DNA of 64,000 nt. Source: Polymyxa betae A26-41 (lineage: Eukaryota > Protista > Endomyxa: Phytomyxea). The notes below the pieces were generated by a model. That model was not told the DNA's origin. It saw only the letters and a program-made list of their open reading frames with translations, and did no database searches. The position numbers and the translations under genes were made by a program. The stretch lies in NCBI GenBank assembly GCA_003693705.1, contig RBZT01000753.1, positions 1 to 64,000 of the forward strand, written 5' to 3'. The first letter of the stretch is position 1, and every line of letters begins with the position of its first letter. Positions 1-14,684 of the stretch are shown piece after piece.

Positions 1-2323
1 GTGGGATGGGATAAATTATGGAGGGAAAAGTGGGACGATTTTCCATACGCAAAACTATTCTACTAACGTTGTGGAAAGGGACCCTGAAGATCGACTGTAT
101 GATTGAGTGGTGGCAAAATCGTTCGAATTTAGCCTCTGCTTCCACAAAGAGAGCACAGCACAGACCTCGGATCTTTGAACGGGGCGCGCAGTGACATAAT
201 TGCTGTATAGTCTTGGACTGTCATGAAAGCGCGCTTGCGCCACCAAGTACTTTGTTGAACAGTCCAAGAGGTCAACACCTTGGACTTGTAGGAGGTAAAA
301 GCCCGAGTTCCAAATTTCGCTTGTAGCTCAAAAGCTATCCAGGATCTATGATCAACTTTACTGCATCTAAGGGATTGTTGAGATTTAGCAACCATTCTAA
401 AAAAGCAGTACCATTCTCTGCATGTATCCTCGCTTTCGCCAATGCATGCTCGCGGCATAACAGACGGTTTCAAGAGTTGCTGATCTGTTAAAGCATCGTA
501 TCGCCGATATTTGTTGCCGAAAACCGCAGAAAGATGCCGTGCCAAACGGGGAAACCGGTTGTGCTCTGTGAGGTGATCATCGTTCGAGCGAAGAGATGAG
601 CGGTAAGGAACACACGCTTGCCGAAACGTAATTAAGATAGAAACAGAACAAAGGGGCAACGTCACCAGGCACACAATCACATGGTACAGCAGTAACAGGA
701 CACGATCAGAATCAGGATCGAGGACGCCGGCCTCGGGTACGTCGCGCACGACCGGGGTTTTCTGGGTTTAGAGTTTTAGGGTTGTCGAGTGATACGACAC
801 TCTGATCGCCGTTTTTGCAGTATTTCTAAAACGAAAAGTTCACGTGCAATCCAGCTGGTTTCAGCTAATGGCGGAGCTCTTGATGCAATAAATGCGGCAG
901 GTTTCTTGACAGCGACAAAAGTCGAAGTCTTCTGAGGCTGTGTAAGTGACGTGCTTTCCGGCAGCTTGATATCAGAATCTGCAAGACCGGGATTCCCGAC
1001 AAACGCGACAGTTTGTGCGCGAGTGAAGTAACATTAGCCTACAATAGGAATTAGGTTTGCAAATTGACATTTAGTTGGACTTAACCTGTAAGGGAAGTTC
1101 TTCGCTTTCATTTGCAGCCATGAACAAATCGCAATTGTGGGACCTCCCATATCTTTGTCGGACGGGGAAGGAACAGGACTCCAGCCAATGTGATCGACGA
1201 TGTTTGGTTCAGGAGCTGCATTGGTGGTCGGAAAGTAGATCTCTTTTGGCACGGAACTTTCCCGTTTGCGACGATCAATGTCTGATCATTCACAGCTTGT
1301 TTAGTATCCTGTCGCAGAACATCTTCAGGAACTATAACCGGGTCATTGGAATGGGAATAGCTGAGTTCAACCATATCATACGGTATAGAAATTTAAGACA
1401 ATGAGATGAGTTTGCTGAAAAAAATCACTCACAGCAAGAGCATACCTTCAGACGAATCTGTAGGATGTGACTGAAACTGAAAGCTGCACGTCCGTTGCAG
1501 TAGAGCTGCACTATTGGAGGTCGCGCATTCATGACAAGAATGTTCGGCCCTCTATCGGCCCCAAAATTAGCAATACCACAATAGGAATCACCAAATCTTA
1601 CGTATTTCCATCATCATTGCGTGTTTTTGAAACAGCTCTTCGGTTCAATCCAATTCCAGGACCACAATCTCTTTCTGTCCGTAGACAGCAAAAATCCAAG
1701 CTTGTACGCCGGCCAGTTCTCTGGCTCTTATCAAAGATTCAGCAGCTGTATATCATTCCTTAGCTGTCAAACACATTTGCGGCTGTTTGCTTTCACAGAG
1801 CTTCAACTTTGCTGGTCCATATCTCAAATTGTGTCTAAGCTCAGCAACCAAGGCCTCGTTGGTCTTGTTAACGTGGTGTCACAACTTCCACGAATTATAA
1901 AGCGCGAATCATTGCACAATCTATCAACTTCACTGCAATGCCTGCTAACTATGATTCCGTTCACCACTTCATCGTTTAGTGCCTTATCATAAATCTTTTG
2001 TTCATGAATCGCTTAAATTCGTCATGCTCGAACATCATCAACGTCCATAGTTCTGATTCTTCGTAAATCCCTTAGATCTGCACGGGTGGTTCAGATCAGA
2101 ACATTGGCAAATTTCGATGTTCAGGATCGATATTTGGAGCAAGCCTTTGTGTTGTAGAGCAAAGGAGCCGAATACCATCCTAGAACTTGTACTCCTTCAG
2201 ATTAATTCCAAGCAAATGATAATTTGATCGAGATCAAAATTCTGTTGGCTATACCGTTCATCTTCGTATTCCAAATCTTCAACTGAGCTCCATCGGAAGC
2301 TTGGAGAATCAAAGCTCGCAATG

Positions 2324-2416
2324 TAGGTCTCCGATCGGGTTTGGGAACAACCCGAAAACCCGAGTTCGGGTTGGGTCGGGTTCGGGTTCGAGTTGAAGGC
2401 TGTACCCGACCCAAAA
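2324..2416 (+). mobile_element. Probable hAT-type DNA transposon end with subterminal CGGG/ACCCG repeats
   Basis: TAG-initiated end (TAGGTCTCCGATCGGGTTTGGG) followed by clustered TCGGGT/ACCCGA motifs in both orientations, typical of hAT subterminal regions; partner end not identified. Confidence 0.4.
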
Positions 2417-3776
2417 ATTAATAAGCGCTTTGAGAAGTCCGTACGAAAGTGGCTCTCCTCAACGATATCAAGGATGAGGGTAACAAATATCTTGGTTTAC
2501 AATGTGAGGATTCAACAGTTAATCCTCTTGATTACTGGATGTCCCAGGAAAAACAGTTTTAAAATATTACTGCAGCCGCCAGAGACATCTCCTTTCTATA
2601 CAGCCGTGAATGGTGCGTGATTTACGACCCGGCGCAATCGGACGAAAATCGCCCGGTCGAAGAATTTACAATCACTGTCAATCGCATTGCTTGGTTACTA
2701 TGATGATGATGTAGCAGCTTGTCTTACCACATTGTTCATCCATTACCAAGCATTGAGATTGAGAATGAATGCAGACTGTTCGACCGGGGTATGATCACGA
2801 GCGGTGTTGAGCTCGCTGAGAATCTCAATAAATGACAAACGATTTGTAATAACGAAATCGAAGTGTTTTATTATGTTAGGGGAAGATAAAGGAGATAAAG
2901 TTGCGCGACCGCGCGACAACCAACACCAAACTGCAATACTGCATACTCTTAAACTGGCATTATAAGATTACAGAAACAGTAATAAAAATTAGCCAGATTA
3001 ATCGAGGCTACACGGGGCGATAGCCGCGGAATGCATCAGAGACAACGCGACCGAAGATGCTGATCTCTCGATAACCAGAAATCATGGTGGACGATTATCC
3101 CGAATGACTAGACTCTGAGGCAACACAAAGTCCCATGCTGGGCGATGTATTCAACATCTCTAGGACTAGAAGAGCTGTGACCTCCGAATATACAGATGTC
3201 AGCGAGCTAGATTCGTAGCTAAAATGAAATCACTGGCTTTGGAACCCGGCGCCTATCAACGTTTTCAAGCTATCTCATACGAGTAATCAAATGGACTCGA
3301 CACCACTCTGGACGAGGCATTTTGAAAGCCTTTTGTGCTTGTGTCTGGCCAGCAGGAACGTACTTTCGTCATCTTGTCTATAAACACGACTTAATTGAAT
3401 TTGTTTCTTTATATGATGTAACTTATTATTCGGCAATTTCCAATCTGAAGATACATTTGATTGACGGGTGGGTTCACAGCTCGGCGCATCAATCGCCGTT
3501 AAGGACTTGCAGCCCGCAGTAAACCACGAGTCCACGACCGAACTCGGGCCAGGATCGTGCTATCGATCATCTGAACTTGGACTTCCTCTGATCGCGATCA
3601 TAAATTCATAACACGAAAAGAAGGGCTTTGGGGCGCGGCCACCTCTCTGACGCACTGACACTGCAGGGTCTCGGGTCGGTATTTCACGGCTTAAACCTCC
3701 TTCCCATATCTATTGAACTGTCCAGAGCGATTCGTCGCTGTTAGCGTCGGCGGCATCGGCGTGCCGATCTGAGCCG

Positions 3777-5049
3777 ATGACAAAATGGCCAGATTTAAAG
3801 GAGTTGGCGAATCGGGCGTTACAGCCTGGGATGCCATCCAGGACTAAGACGCGCGTTTGGTCGCGTTTGGAGTTGGCATTGGGTGAGGCCAGCGCGAACG
3901 AAGTGAAGGAGATCCTCGAGCTTCAGGAAGCTCTCGATCTTAGGAAGCATTCTCAGAATACTGCTGGACTATTAGAAGCACTCTGGGTTGCTTTTAAGCT
4001 GTTAGTGTGTCTAATTACAGTTCTAGTGCTTGCTCCAATAGAGATAATTGGTATTTATATGAGGTAAATTCTATTATGGTTTAATCAAATATATAGTGTC
4101 GCCTATCGCGTATTTCAATCCACTCTGGAAGAAGCTCGGTTTAAAAAATAACACCCTTCCTACTGAGATGCTGCAGTTATTAACATTTCGTTGGGCTTGC
4201 TGTTGTCTTGGTTTACAAGTAATCTGATTCTGATTGTCTCCTCAAAATCTGCCTAAATTATTGCTAGATTTGTACCGAAGGCGAGGAGCAGTTGCCAGAT
4301 ACGCCAATGATTTTCATGTATTCTCACGCTTCCAACCTGGATCCGATTGCCATCGGTGCTGTCACTCCTTTTCCGCTCAAGTTCATCGCCAAACGCATTA
4401 TATTTTATTTCCCGGTCTTGGGATGGTTATTCAAAGCTTATGGTCATATACCTATTGACCGCGCTAATCGCGAATCGGCCATTGAGTCGCTTAAATTCGC
4501 TGCAAGAAACGTGTGTCGCTCCAATGTTTCGATCGCAATTAGCCCAGAAGGTTTGCTGATTCTCGCGATTTATCTGGTCCCTCATCCAACTTCGAACATT
4601 CTTCGCCATCTTCGTTTTGCTAATGTTTAAGAATTTAATGCAGCCAAATGATGAGTTTCTTAGGCACGAGAAGCGTTTCGGGACACCTACAATCCTTCAA
4701 GAAAGGTCCATTTTATCTGTCGAGTCGATCACGACTACCGATCGCTCCAGTCGTGATTCTTAATGGATACGACAGGATGCCACCTGTTGGATATCAAGTT
4801 CCCCGCCCTGGCCGGATTACTATCCGCTACATGAAACCGATAACCGCCCACTTGGATGACCCCAATCTCGAAGTCGATGAATTATCCCGAATCGTTCGCG
4901 AGACGATGCTTCGCGGATTGGCTCAGGATGACGACGAGTCATTGCCAAGGAAAGTGTACAATTTCTATGAACCACTGTTTACCATACTTCCAGCAGCTCT
5001 CATTGTTATATATCTCTTTATACATCTCTACCTAAACAGATATTTCTGA
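3777..5049 (+). CDS. 1-acyl-sn-glycerol-3-phosphate acyltransferase (LPAAT/PlsC family), multi-exon
   Basis: HxxxxD motif (YSHASNLD), FIAK, PIDR, SPEG|TRS split by an intron, FKKGPF and PIAPV; N- and C-terminal hydrophobic helices; short GT-AG introns join the ORFs. Confidence 0.9.
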
Positions 5050-5082
5050 TAGTTACACAATGAGGATTATCCATGAATTTTA

Positions 5083-8000
5083 TTAATCTTCGTCGCTTTC
5101 GGTTTCTTCATCATCGGATTCTTTCAAATATTCGATTAATTCAGAGGCCGATTGAACAAATTGTTGATCGCTATCCTCTAGGTCAGCCCACTCTAGAATA
5201 GCTTCCCCTGAAATTGCATCCAGTTGATATAACGCCTTCAGGGCGAAGGGGAATAGCAATCTATGGAGTGAATCAAAAGCAATTCGACATGAAGCGAAGC
5301 AGGCATACCGGTATGGTTTATCTTCGCATTCACATGCCTTAACAAGCCCACGAATGAAGAGAATGTGGTTTTCGTCGGAGCCTTGGCCGTATTTCTCTAG
5401 CAAAAAATTGTACTCACGAAGCAACCTGCTCAACGACTTTAGAACCGCAGTAGAAGGTTTCTGTGATTGAACAGGCGCTGGCTCGATCAAGTCAAAAACT
5501 GTTAGAAGAATGCAGGAGGCGTAAGTCGTCAGGCTGGCGTTGTCAGCGATCTTCAAATTCGCAACCTAAGAAAGGAGTTGATTCGTAAGCAGAAAATTAA
5601 CAATCAAAAGAACTGGCAAAAACAAGGCCTACTTCCAGAAGAATGTCGCTTTTATCAGCGATGTCTTGCTCTCGACATCGCTCAATGGTGGCTTTGATTT
5701 CGCGATAAAGGACGCTGGCGTTGTAGCCTTCTTCATCCCAGGCTGAGTCATCAACACCTTCCACATCGCTAACTTCACACTCGTCATCGCTGCCGAATGT
5801 CATCAGCGAGTCGTTATCGTCATTCTCGTCGCATTCCAACTCCGCAATCCTTTCGTCCTATTCCAACATCAGCAGCGGAAAATGGATTATTGGTTAACGA
5901 ACCCTGAACGCAATGGCGTCCTTATCAGGCGCCAACGAATTGCATGATATTCGGGCCAGCCTTAATCGGTCGATATCGCTCTGTGGTAGATCCTCCTCTT
6001 CCTCATCTAACATTTCCTCCACAGCATCGTCTTCATCGCCGGTATATAAACAGCCCGTGCCTACGTAAAGGATTATGGAAACAGCAATAAAAAGAGAAAT
6101 GCAACAATAACATGAAACGAAGTCAATTTCGAGTTAAACCAACGTAATCAGAGAAAACACAGGAATACAACAAATTGATTACCACCAAGTCCAAGGTCAA
6201 AAGGTGTAATATTGGGATCTTTGCCATCATCAGCCGAGTCAGTATGCCCAATACGAAGACGATCCAGTCCCATATCATCGATACCGAATTCGTGTGCAGG
6301 TCGTCTCTGGATGGGAACCCAGAGCTTTGTATAAGGCGGAATCTGAACGCCTCTTCCAATCTGAACACCTTCACCGACAATCGTCCCGCGACCGATATTT
6401 ACATCGCTGCCGATCTGGACATTTCGGGCGATAATGGCGCGATCGATAACTGTCCTATCCCCAACGGTGCTACCCGACCATATATAGCTACCTATAGACG
6501 ATTTAATCAAAGGCATCTTTGCATGTGAACCTTTTGATTCAAATGTCAACAGATCACAAATAAACCAAAAACGAATAAATAGAAGGAGAAGCACATAGGT
6601 AATGGTCCAGCATTACCAGTGCAGTAGACATCATCGCCAAGAGTAACGTTCCTATCGATAACGGTATCTTCGATGTAGGTTCGGGTCCCGATCTGGCAAC
6701 CACCGCCGATCACAGTATTACGCTTGATAACGGCCGACTGTGCGATTCGGGGCGTCGTCGTACTGGTCGAACCGATCTCCTTGTAAATGTGCAGCCTTTG
6801 GGTCGAATAGGCCGGTCTGGGGCCTAAACCATCGACCGAGAACCTTGATCCATTGCAATTCAGCAAACTATAAATTAAAAATTTTGGGAAACTTTAAACA
6901 ATCATCAGAGTGAAAAAAAAAGCTCTGAAAGCTTTCGGGAAATAAAACAGACATATTCAAGTAGATCCATACCCGAAAGCCCAACGTTCAATAATGTCTC
7001 GACTAACAGAATCGTATGTCTTCAGACAATCGACACGAGCGGCGTATTCATCATGTAGCAAATGAGCATAGACAGACGTGCTCATGATAGACGATCCCAA
7101 AACCTAATTGAGATGAAATCATTTTTTAATCGTTGAGGGAAGTATCCGAATGGGGCGAATTTGTCTGTCAAATTCTCGGCAGAAAAAAAGCGGACCTGTG
7201 AGAAAAAATCGGTCTCGATGTTCTGCAGGTCGAACTGGTCATTGAACAGGGTCAGTACGGCGGGCGAGCACACATAGATGCATGTGTTAAGCAGATCTTT
7301 GTGAAAAGTGACAATCGGGTTGTCGATCATGATATCAACATCGGCAACCAGACGCGATCGGCTCGATAACGGATTCTGATAGCCCAAGACTTTCTGGGAA
7401 GGCGATGCCAATGCCACCATCAGATTATCGCCATCTGCAGATGAAGAATTTAAAAGAAACCTATAGAAAAGAAGAAAGCAGATGAACAGCGTTAAAGGAA
7501 GAATAAAGGCAAGATAAAAGGCAAATGTCGTTCGCCACAATGACAAAAGAAACCTAGAGCATTGCCTGAGATTTGCTTTGAACAAAGATTGAGCGAATAG
7601 AAAGCGCGATTTGGAACTTAGCGATACAATAATAATAACAGAGAGAATTCATAAAATAATTGTTGACTTGAGCGAATTCGATGTTTAGGGGCAGCACGCT
7701 TTAAGACAACCGTCATGATGGCTTCAGGATCGTCAGCCGCACGTTTCTGATGGGCGGTGATGATATGATCCATATCGAGATCGGCGATGGTATCGGCACC
7801 CATGTAGATGAAGAAATCAGAGCGAATGATCTCAAGCTGATGGATGTGGCGAAAGACGTCACCGATGCTGGTGCAATTTTCGTTCACCATCAGGACGGTC
7901 ATTCGCATTGACGACAATGACGACCGAAGTGATTGGCAATATTCGCGAATCACAGCTGGGAACGCACGAACCACGATAAAGCATTCCTGGACGCCAGCCT

Positions 8001-8304
8001 TATGCAAAAAATACCTGAATATTTTTCAAAAAAAAACGGAAATAGGATGTAATTGAATCGGAGGAGAACTGAGCAAAAACTTTTGCTTCAAAGACGTTGA
8101 AATTCCGAAAAAGGATTACAGAGAATAGGTGATTAGCGGCAGGTTGACCAGAGGCAGAAGCGCCTTCGGCTGCGTCTGGGTCAAGGGCGAGAATTGTCGT
8201 TCAAAGCTGTCAGCGAGAAGCAGGGCCTGCAGGGGGACCTCGGCCTTCAGATCGGATCGGGACGTCGCCCGCGAAGACGCCGAGTCCTTCCTTCTAGCGC
8301 TCAT
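5083..8304 (-). CDS. EIF2B5: Translation initiation factor eIF2B epsilon subunit, multi-exon
   Basis: LQALLLADSF..F.PLT...PKALLPLVN N-terminus, left-handed beta-helix hexapeptide repeats, acidic linker, and C-terminal W2 domain (LKALYQLDAISGEAILEW...LKESDDEE). Confidence 0.93.
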
Positions 8305-8566
8305 GGCGAAAATGCCAGAAGTTTATGGAATTCGCAGAACGAAACCTCATCTGCGCAAACGGCGCAATTCTTAATTCTGTTCAATGAAAAGAAATCTTGT
8401 TCGGAGATTCAATTGTGGTTTTCACGAAAGCGGGAACTCAGGATCGTCAGATCATGAAAGATTGAGGACCGAATCTCGTAAATGAAACCGGATTCTACAC
8501 GGACAGAAATAATCAAGCCAGAACGGCTCTTGCGAGCAAATAGTTTATTCAGGAAGATTCGAACAA

Positions 8567-10568
8567 TTAATGAAGATGGAAGGGCAATTTGAAGGTTTTT
8601 CCCTTGACGCGTTCAGCGAGATTCTCGCCGTTATACGAAATCAGGGGCGAAATCTCACAAAGCGCTTTCAAATCGTCAGTTTTTTCAAACGACCCACCGG
8701 CCGCTTTAATCATTGCAATATGGAGTTGTGAGACGGCCTGTCGAGCGGTCTCGGGAGAATCCGGTAGACCTTGGTTTGGTCCATTTTTGACAGCTGCAAA
8801 ATTGGCTTCACGATTCACCATGAACGCACATGGATTTTTAGCCAGAGCTAAACCGTCCTGAATTTCCTATTAGCCCAGAACGCTACAAACGTTCGATTCT
8901 TACGAAAATGAACTTTTCCAGTTTGCAGCCGTTGTTTTTCTGTGGCTTCACGACTTTACCATCACTATCAACAAACGGAATCTTTTTGTGGGCAACATGA
9001 TACCTGGACAAACATCAAATATGGTTTCGGAAATCCCAATCGTTTACGGAATGTCGAGGGCGATGGCGGTTTCTACGAAGCTCAAGGACAGGCAATGGAT
9101 GGCGATATTGGCGGCCCGATACACGAGCGACCCATCAGAGTTCTTGGCTTCCACTAACTGTTTCGGCAATTCGCTGTATTCAACTACAGCCGCTTTTCCA
9201 TCTTTCATGGCCAGCACGCCGACGCTTTCAGCTGGGTCGGTTTTCTCCAAAACCTTGTTCCCGAAATCAACATTGTTCATGGCACCTGCATTGAAGTCAG
9301 ATTTGAAAACTTTAAATATTCAACGAGCACCTAAAACATTAACTTTCAGAATTGCAAAACTAAAATGGTTTTACAGACAATATCCAATAAATTCAGGGTC
9401 TGCAACTTGCACAAGAACGTTATCGACTGAATAGATAAAGATGTGAGAGATTCCTCGACTTCTCATGTCTTGCGAGACGCCCGAATCGGCCATTGCCGAA
9501 TAGATGCCACCGTTCCCATTCGGGCTGCGGCTTGGCGTCGTAAACGATTCCATGACTGAATCATAGTTAAGCACGTTTCCGCCGAACTGACCAAGCGACT
9601 TAACTGATTTTCCCATCGGTTGTTAGGCAAGGCAAGGTTGCCTGCTGGAAGAAGAATACGTATTCTTGCGGGTATCCGAAAAAGTCTTTCGATTGAAAGA
9701 AATCGATTGTTGGCTGATGGGTTGCTGGAGATGTCATGATGTACCTAACACGACATTAAAAGACGTCTCCATTTCTTCGGAACCCATCAACCATGGAATA
9801 TATTCCCGAGAGCAATCTAAATCATAAAATTAACATGCAGAAAGACAGCATTCTCAGAGCGTTACCAAGGTCGTACACAGACGACGAGCCTTCACAGCCT
9901 TTCGCTGCGATGCTACGTAATGTTTGCAGGCGTTCCGCTTGCAGCTGAAACAGGCTCTTTCCAGAGGGCAGCCCGATATCGTACTGGCCTTTTGGCAGAT
10001 CCGAACCCAGACGAGTTCCCTAATAAATTCAAAAGAAAAAAGTTAACACACTGTGTGTTGAAGGGGAATGAAAAGGGAACTTGTTTGGAAGAGAAAGTAT
10101 AAAATTGCAAGGAAGTTGACCAAGTCTTGATCTTACCTGGCCGCCAGCCATCAGCAAAGCTGCCACCTTTCCTTCGGCTATGAGACCTAAGCCTGCTTTT
10201 GTCCATTTCGATCTGGTAGAGGCGTCCGCTTTCTCAGCAGACACCAAATTTTGAAATGGTTCGATTTTCGAAACAGCAGCGGAGACCTCACCTGCGACAA
10301 GTTCAACCTTTGCTTAATAATATTTTCGACAGCCTCCAGTCCAACCTTTGAGATTGGCTTCGATTACGTTGTATAGTTCATCGACAACTTTCAAGTCTAT
10401 CGCCTGTATGAAAACGTTAAGAAATGGCTGTTAAAAACCGGATCAAGAGTAGCGAACATTTAGGTTGGCGACCAGCTCAGCTTTCTGAGCATCATTCATT
10501 TTGCCCAATCCCAGAAAGACATGGCTCTGGTTAGAAAATTTCTGCTGCAAAGATGACAGGACGACCAT
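8567..10568 (-). CDS. UAP1: UDP-N-acetylglucosamine pyrophosphorylase, multi-exon
   Basis: LMAGGQ|[58 protein letters not shown] and [14 protein letters not shown]; ATG at 10568. Confidence 0.93.
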
Positions 10569-11201
10569 GATGGCTTGTTGGTGACTAGACGATATCTCTA
10601 TTGAGAATCCGATGGTCCAGATAATATCTTTTATCTCTCAGTTGTCTCTCTCTGAAGATATCTTCTTGTATGTCTCTATCTTTAGGGGTCCGCGTTAATC
10701 GCCATTCTTTGAGTAACGAAACTTCAACCTGGCATGGCTTGTCTATAAAGCAACACTATAGATACATTACTCGTATTTTATCGGCTCGTGACAATCTATC
10801 CCGTTTATTGAGGTGTTGCCGTGAAAGCAACAAATTCCAACTTTGAATTTGTTGTTGCTTCGATCAATCTGGCTGGCGTAGCTTTAGCTGGAATCAAACA
10901 CCACTATCTGTATCAATATTCCTACATAAACACAAATCTTCAGTTGAAATTGGATAAGATTAATACGATGTAGTTGATACTGAATGCACGGTAGTCGAGA
11001 TTCATTTCTGGTTAGCCGCACGTTTGTATGGGCCCTGTATAGTTGAGAGATGAGTACAGTATCATACATTAGACTGGTCACTGGTCACTGTAATGAGGGT
11101 CCCTTTTACTTATTATACGTAACCTGAGGGTAGCTCCATATCGTCCTCTCCTGCTCTGCTCCTTCGTCTCATCCTTCATTTCCATTCATTGCTAGTATAT
11201 C

Positions 11202-14200
11202 ATGGTCCAGGAAACACAGGCCGAGCGATTTCGCGATTTCCTCGCCGAAACTTTGCAAACGGGCCCCCAGGCTGTCCTCGACCGTGCCTGGAGACGAGGC
11301 TGGGATCCCAGTGATGATCCCGTGTTTGATATAATAACACCAAATGACACGAAGGAAGGCTTCAGCGTTCATTCGGATATGTTCCGAAAATCGCTCAAAA
11401 AGGTTTTATTATCCGACCCAGATACGGAGGAGAAAGATCTGGCTTGGAAAGAATCCGAACAGATTCAAGCTGATATGGGCAAATTGTTAGCGGCATTCAG
11501 GCAAAAAGAAGACGACTATGGCGAGCCTGTTTTTGCTGATCAGCGAGAGTTGCCTTCTGAAAATCATAGTCGGGCAGAAGTTGAAAATGACTTGGAAGAA
11601 GGCGCCGATAATGATCTACGATGCGACCTGCCCGGCTCAGATTTAACAGAACCCGAGACACACATCGTAGGCGAGCTTTTATGCGATTGGAATCAGTCAG
11701 CGATTCTATGTGATCATGTCAATGTTTGTACAGCCAACGCTTTGGCCAAGCAGAAACGTCGTCTGATGCTTCTTACCGATTACCGAATTTCATTCTGTCG
11801 TAGCACTTCGAAGATAAATCGTCCAACTGTTGCGGCGACGATTTTTCTACTCGATGTGATTCGCCTTGAGATTGATGATCAATTTAACATTATTCGCGTT
11901 ATAGCGAGAGACGACGATTTCTATATTTTCGCTCGATCGTCTACCCAGCTTAAAGCCATCATGGAGGCGTTTGCCAAGCAGCTCAGCTTGATTTTAGTCG
12001 GGTATCCAAGCTCAGAGCTGGTTCAGATGCCAACACCCTATTCTCTCAACCATAATCCGAACTTTAGTCAATATGACGCCATTAAAAGAACGTTTGAAGC
12101 GCTGGTTGATCGCAGTGGCGTAATTCTTAACGACTTCCTTCGTTGCATTCAAAGCAGCCTCGAGTATGGTAAAAAAGTCCTCAATCTCAAAGTATGTAAC
12201 TCTCGCTTGGGAAAGGTATTTTGGAAAACTCAATTGACATTCTTTCAGGAAATAACTGGGCCACAACCTGACCAACGAGCCTCATATGCCGCTTTGCTGG
12301 TTGCCTGTCAAGCGCTTCGATACAACTGCACCGAGTTCGACGAACTGATTGCATCGTATATGCCATTTGGAGACACAGGGATGCATGCTGTAGCAAAACT
12401 GTTTACGGCCTCCACTGCTTTCGCCTCAATCGATATTTCCAATACAGCTTGCGCACAGAAGTCTATGCAGATACTTGGAGAAGCACTTAAGAGACCATCC
12501 ACTCCCCATTTACGATGCTTAAATATCTCTGAAAACCTAATTGGCAATGCTGGACTTGCATCGCTGCTGAAGGCGCTTCAATGGGCAAATATTCGCCTGG
12601 AGGTTCTAGCTTGCAGGAAATGCGGACTCTCTGAAAAAGGTTTCGAAGTTCTAGGTTAGTCAGAGGCTATTCATGTTTGTAAGAAATCGAACTAAAACGA
12701 GTTACAGCGGCGTACATGAAAGAAGTACAATCACTAAAAGTTATCGATTTCTCCTCAAACCTGCCTGGCAAGTCAGGTCTGGATCATTTGTTTGAAAGTT
12801 TGATGTTGTGTCCAAATATCGAACGAATTTATCTCGCGAACTGTGGCCCTAACGCCAGGGTTGCTGCGGTTCTACAGTCATTGGTTCAAAACAACCCTCC
12901 AAAGCTCAAATCCTTAGGTAATACTGTGTATCTTTTTTGGTGCCTTTACTCGCTAACCGATCACCAGACCTTTCAAATAACCGCCTATCGTTGGAAGATG
13001 CCGTCCAATTGGCGAACTTGATGAAAGAATCAGAAACACTCAATCAAATTGCTCTTTCACATTGCAAGTTAACACAACAGCAGTCGAATTATATTGTCGA
13101 TGCTATTGTTTCGAATCAAGTTCCTCATTTGCAGTTTGTGGTTGATTTCTCACGAAATACGAATCAAGAAGGTTCTATTTGGCCCGATGCTTTTCAAGCT
13201 TTGATATTTCCGAACGGCTGCCGGAACTTATATGCATTGAACCTTAGCGAATGCAAATTAAGCCCTGATGAATTTGTATCGGTTAGTTTGAAGATTCGAC
13301 CTGGTTGCAGTAATTAACCAGATGTTAGATATGCGAGCATTTGAAAGCTGTCAATCCGCTGACTGTCCTTTCTTTGAATGGAAGCGTCAAAACAGGATTA
13401 TTTAACCGGGAGGCTTGTACAAGGGCAGGCTTAGCTGTCGCGGAATTGATCAATGCTAAAAGCAGTTTGAAAATTCTGTCGCTCGCTGGAGCAAAAAAGA
13501 GCATGCTTGGCCCCGCTGGCGTTAACCTGGTTTTAGAGGCGCTAGTTAAGAACACCTCTTTAAATTGTCTGATTATTTCAAACAACAGTTTAAGCAAATC
13601 TTCCTATGTACGTTTGAATGCTGCCTCACTCTTTATACTGATTTCCACTAGAATATCTTGAGAAGAATGCTTGGTGTTAATACATCATTGCAATATCTAT
13701 CCGTTGATTATAACCGACCGTCGTTACCATCTCTTTGGCAACTCACTAGAGGGTAAGAATGATGCTGCTGCTTGCGATGTCCGATTTTTAATGAATGAAT
13801 TCAGTTTAGTTGCTTCAACAAATCTGTGCTCTAACATACCTCGTAATGATTTCATCAACTGCATCGTCAGCGAGAGATCTCGTGATTTGGTCGAAATCTT
13901 CTCCTCTGCAATTATAAGAAGATTTGAACGCAATGTTCGGCGAAATCTGATGTCTTTCCTTAATTTGGAATCCCTTATCTCTTCTTTATCATGGATCCCG
14001 CGACCGAAACTATTTGGCAGCCATTTAACCAAGACTAATGTCGATTCCATCATTGACGACCTTGAGTTCCCTTCCACTTATCATGAGTTTATCCAGATCC
14101 ATCTATATGAGTGTGGGATTCCATTTATATTGACATGGCTAGGCGATCGTGCTCGATCAAAGAACGGGCTTCGCACCAAGAATATTTTCGGAATCAGCGA

Positions 14201-14618
14201 GCACTCGCTCAAATATAAGCGGGCTTTGGATGCATTCTATGCTGGTCGTCTGGAGTCGGTCAATGATGCTCAATGCTGTGCTCAATTAATCGTCGAATAC
14301 CTGAGGCATCGTGATCCGTTGATCTTATCAAGCTTGACTTGCGAACAGATGAACGCTGCTTTAAGTTCAGGAACTACATTATTGTTGCTGGAAAGCGAAG
14401 TGCATGCTCAAGAACGATCAATTCTTTTCTGGCTTTGTGACTTGCTAAGCGACATTTTAAGTTCTTCCGATTACAACGGAGCGGATGTACATTCTGTAAC
14501 AATTCTTCTCACTACTTGTCTCTATCCTATCGAATCCTGGCTTGATAATGACTTTGACAAGTGTACATTTACTGTTCCCTTGTTTATTGAAAGTTGCATC
14601 AAACTGAGATTAAAATAA
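11202..14618 (+). CDS. CARMIL-like PH + RNI-type LRR protein with C-terminal RhoGAP-like domain, multi-exon
   Basis: KQKRRLMLLTDYRI PH-like segment, repeated LxxLxLSxNxI RNI-type LRRs, then LFG..L / IPFIL / GLRTKNIF..S / N..D..SV.ILL RhoGAP-fold signatures. Confidence 0.7.
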
Positions 14619-14684
14619 ATCGACACTATCCAATAGCATTGTCGTGCTAGGAAGCCTACCGCAACCTTCTATATACTCTACCAA

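Noticed and set aside
55-2300. Short ORFs at the window start
   Set aside because: Fragmented on both strands with no motif I can name; probably decayed TE or pseudogene sequence.
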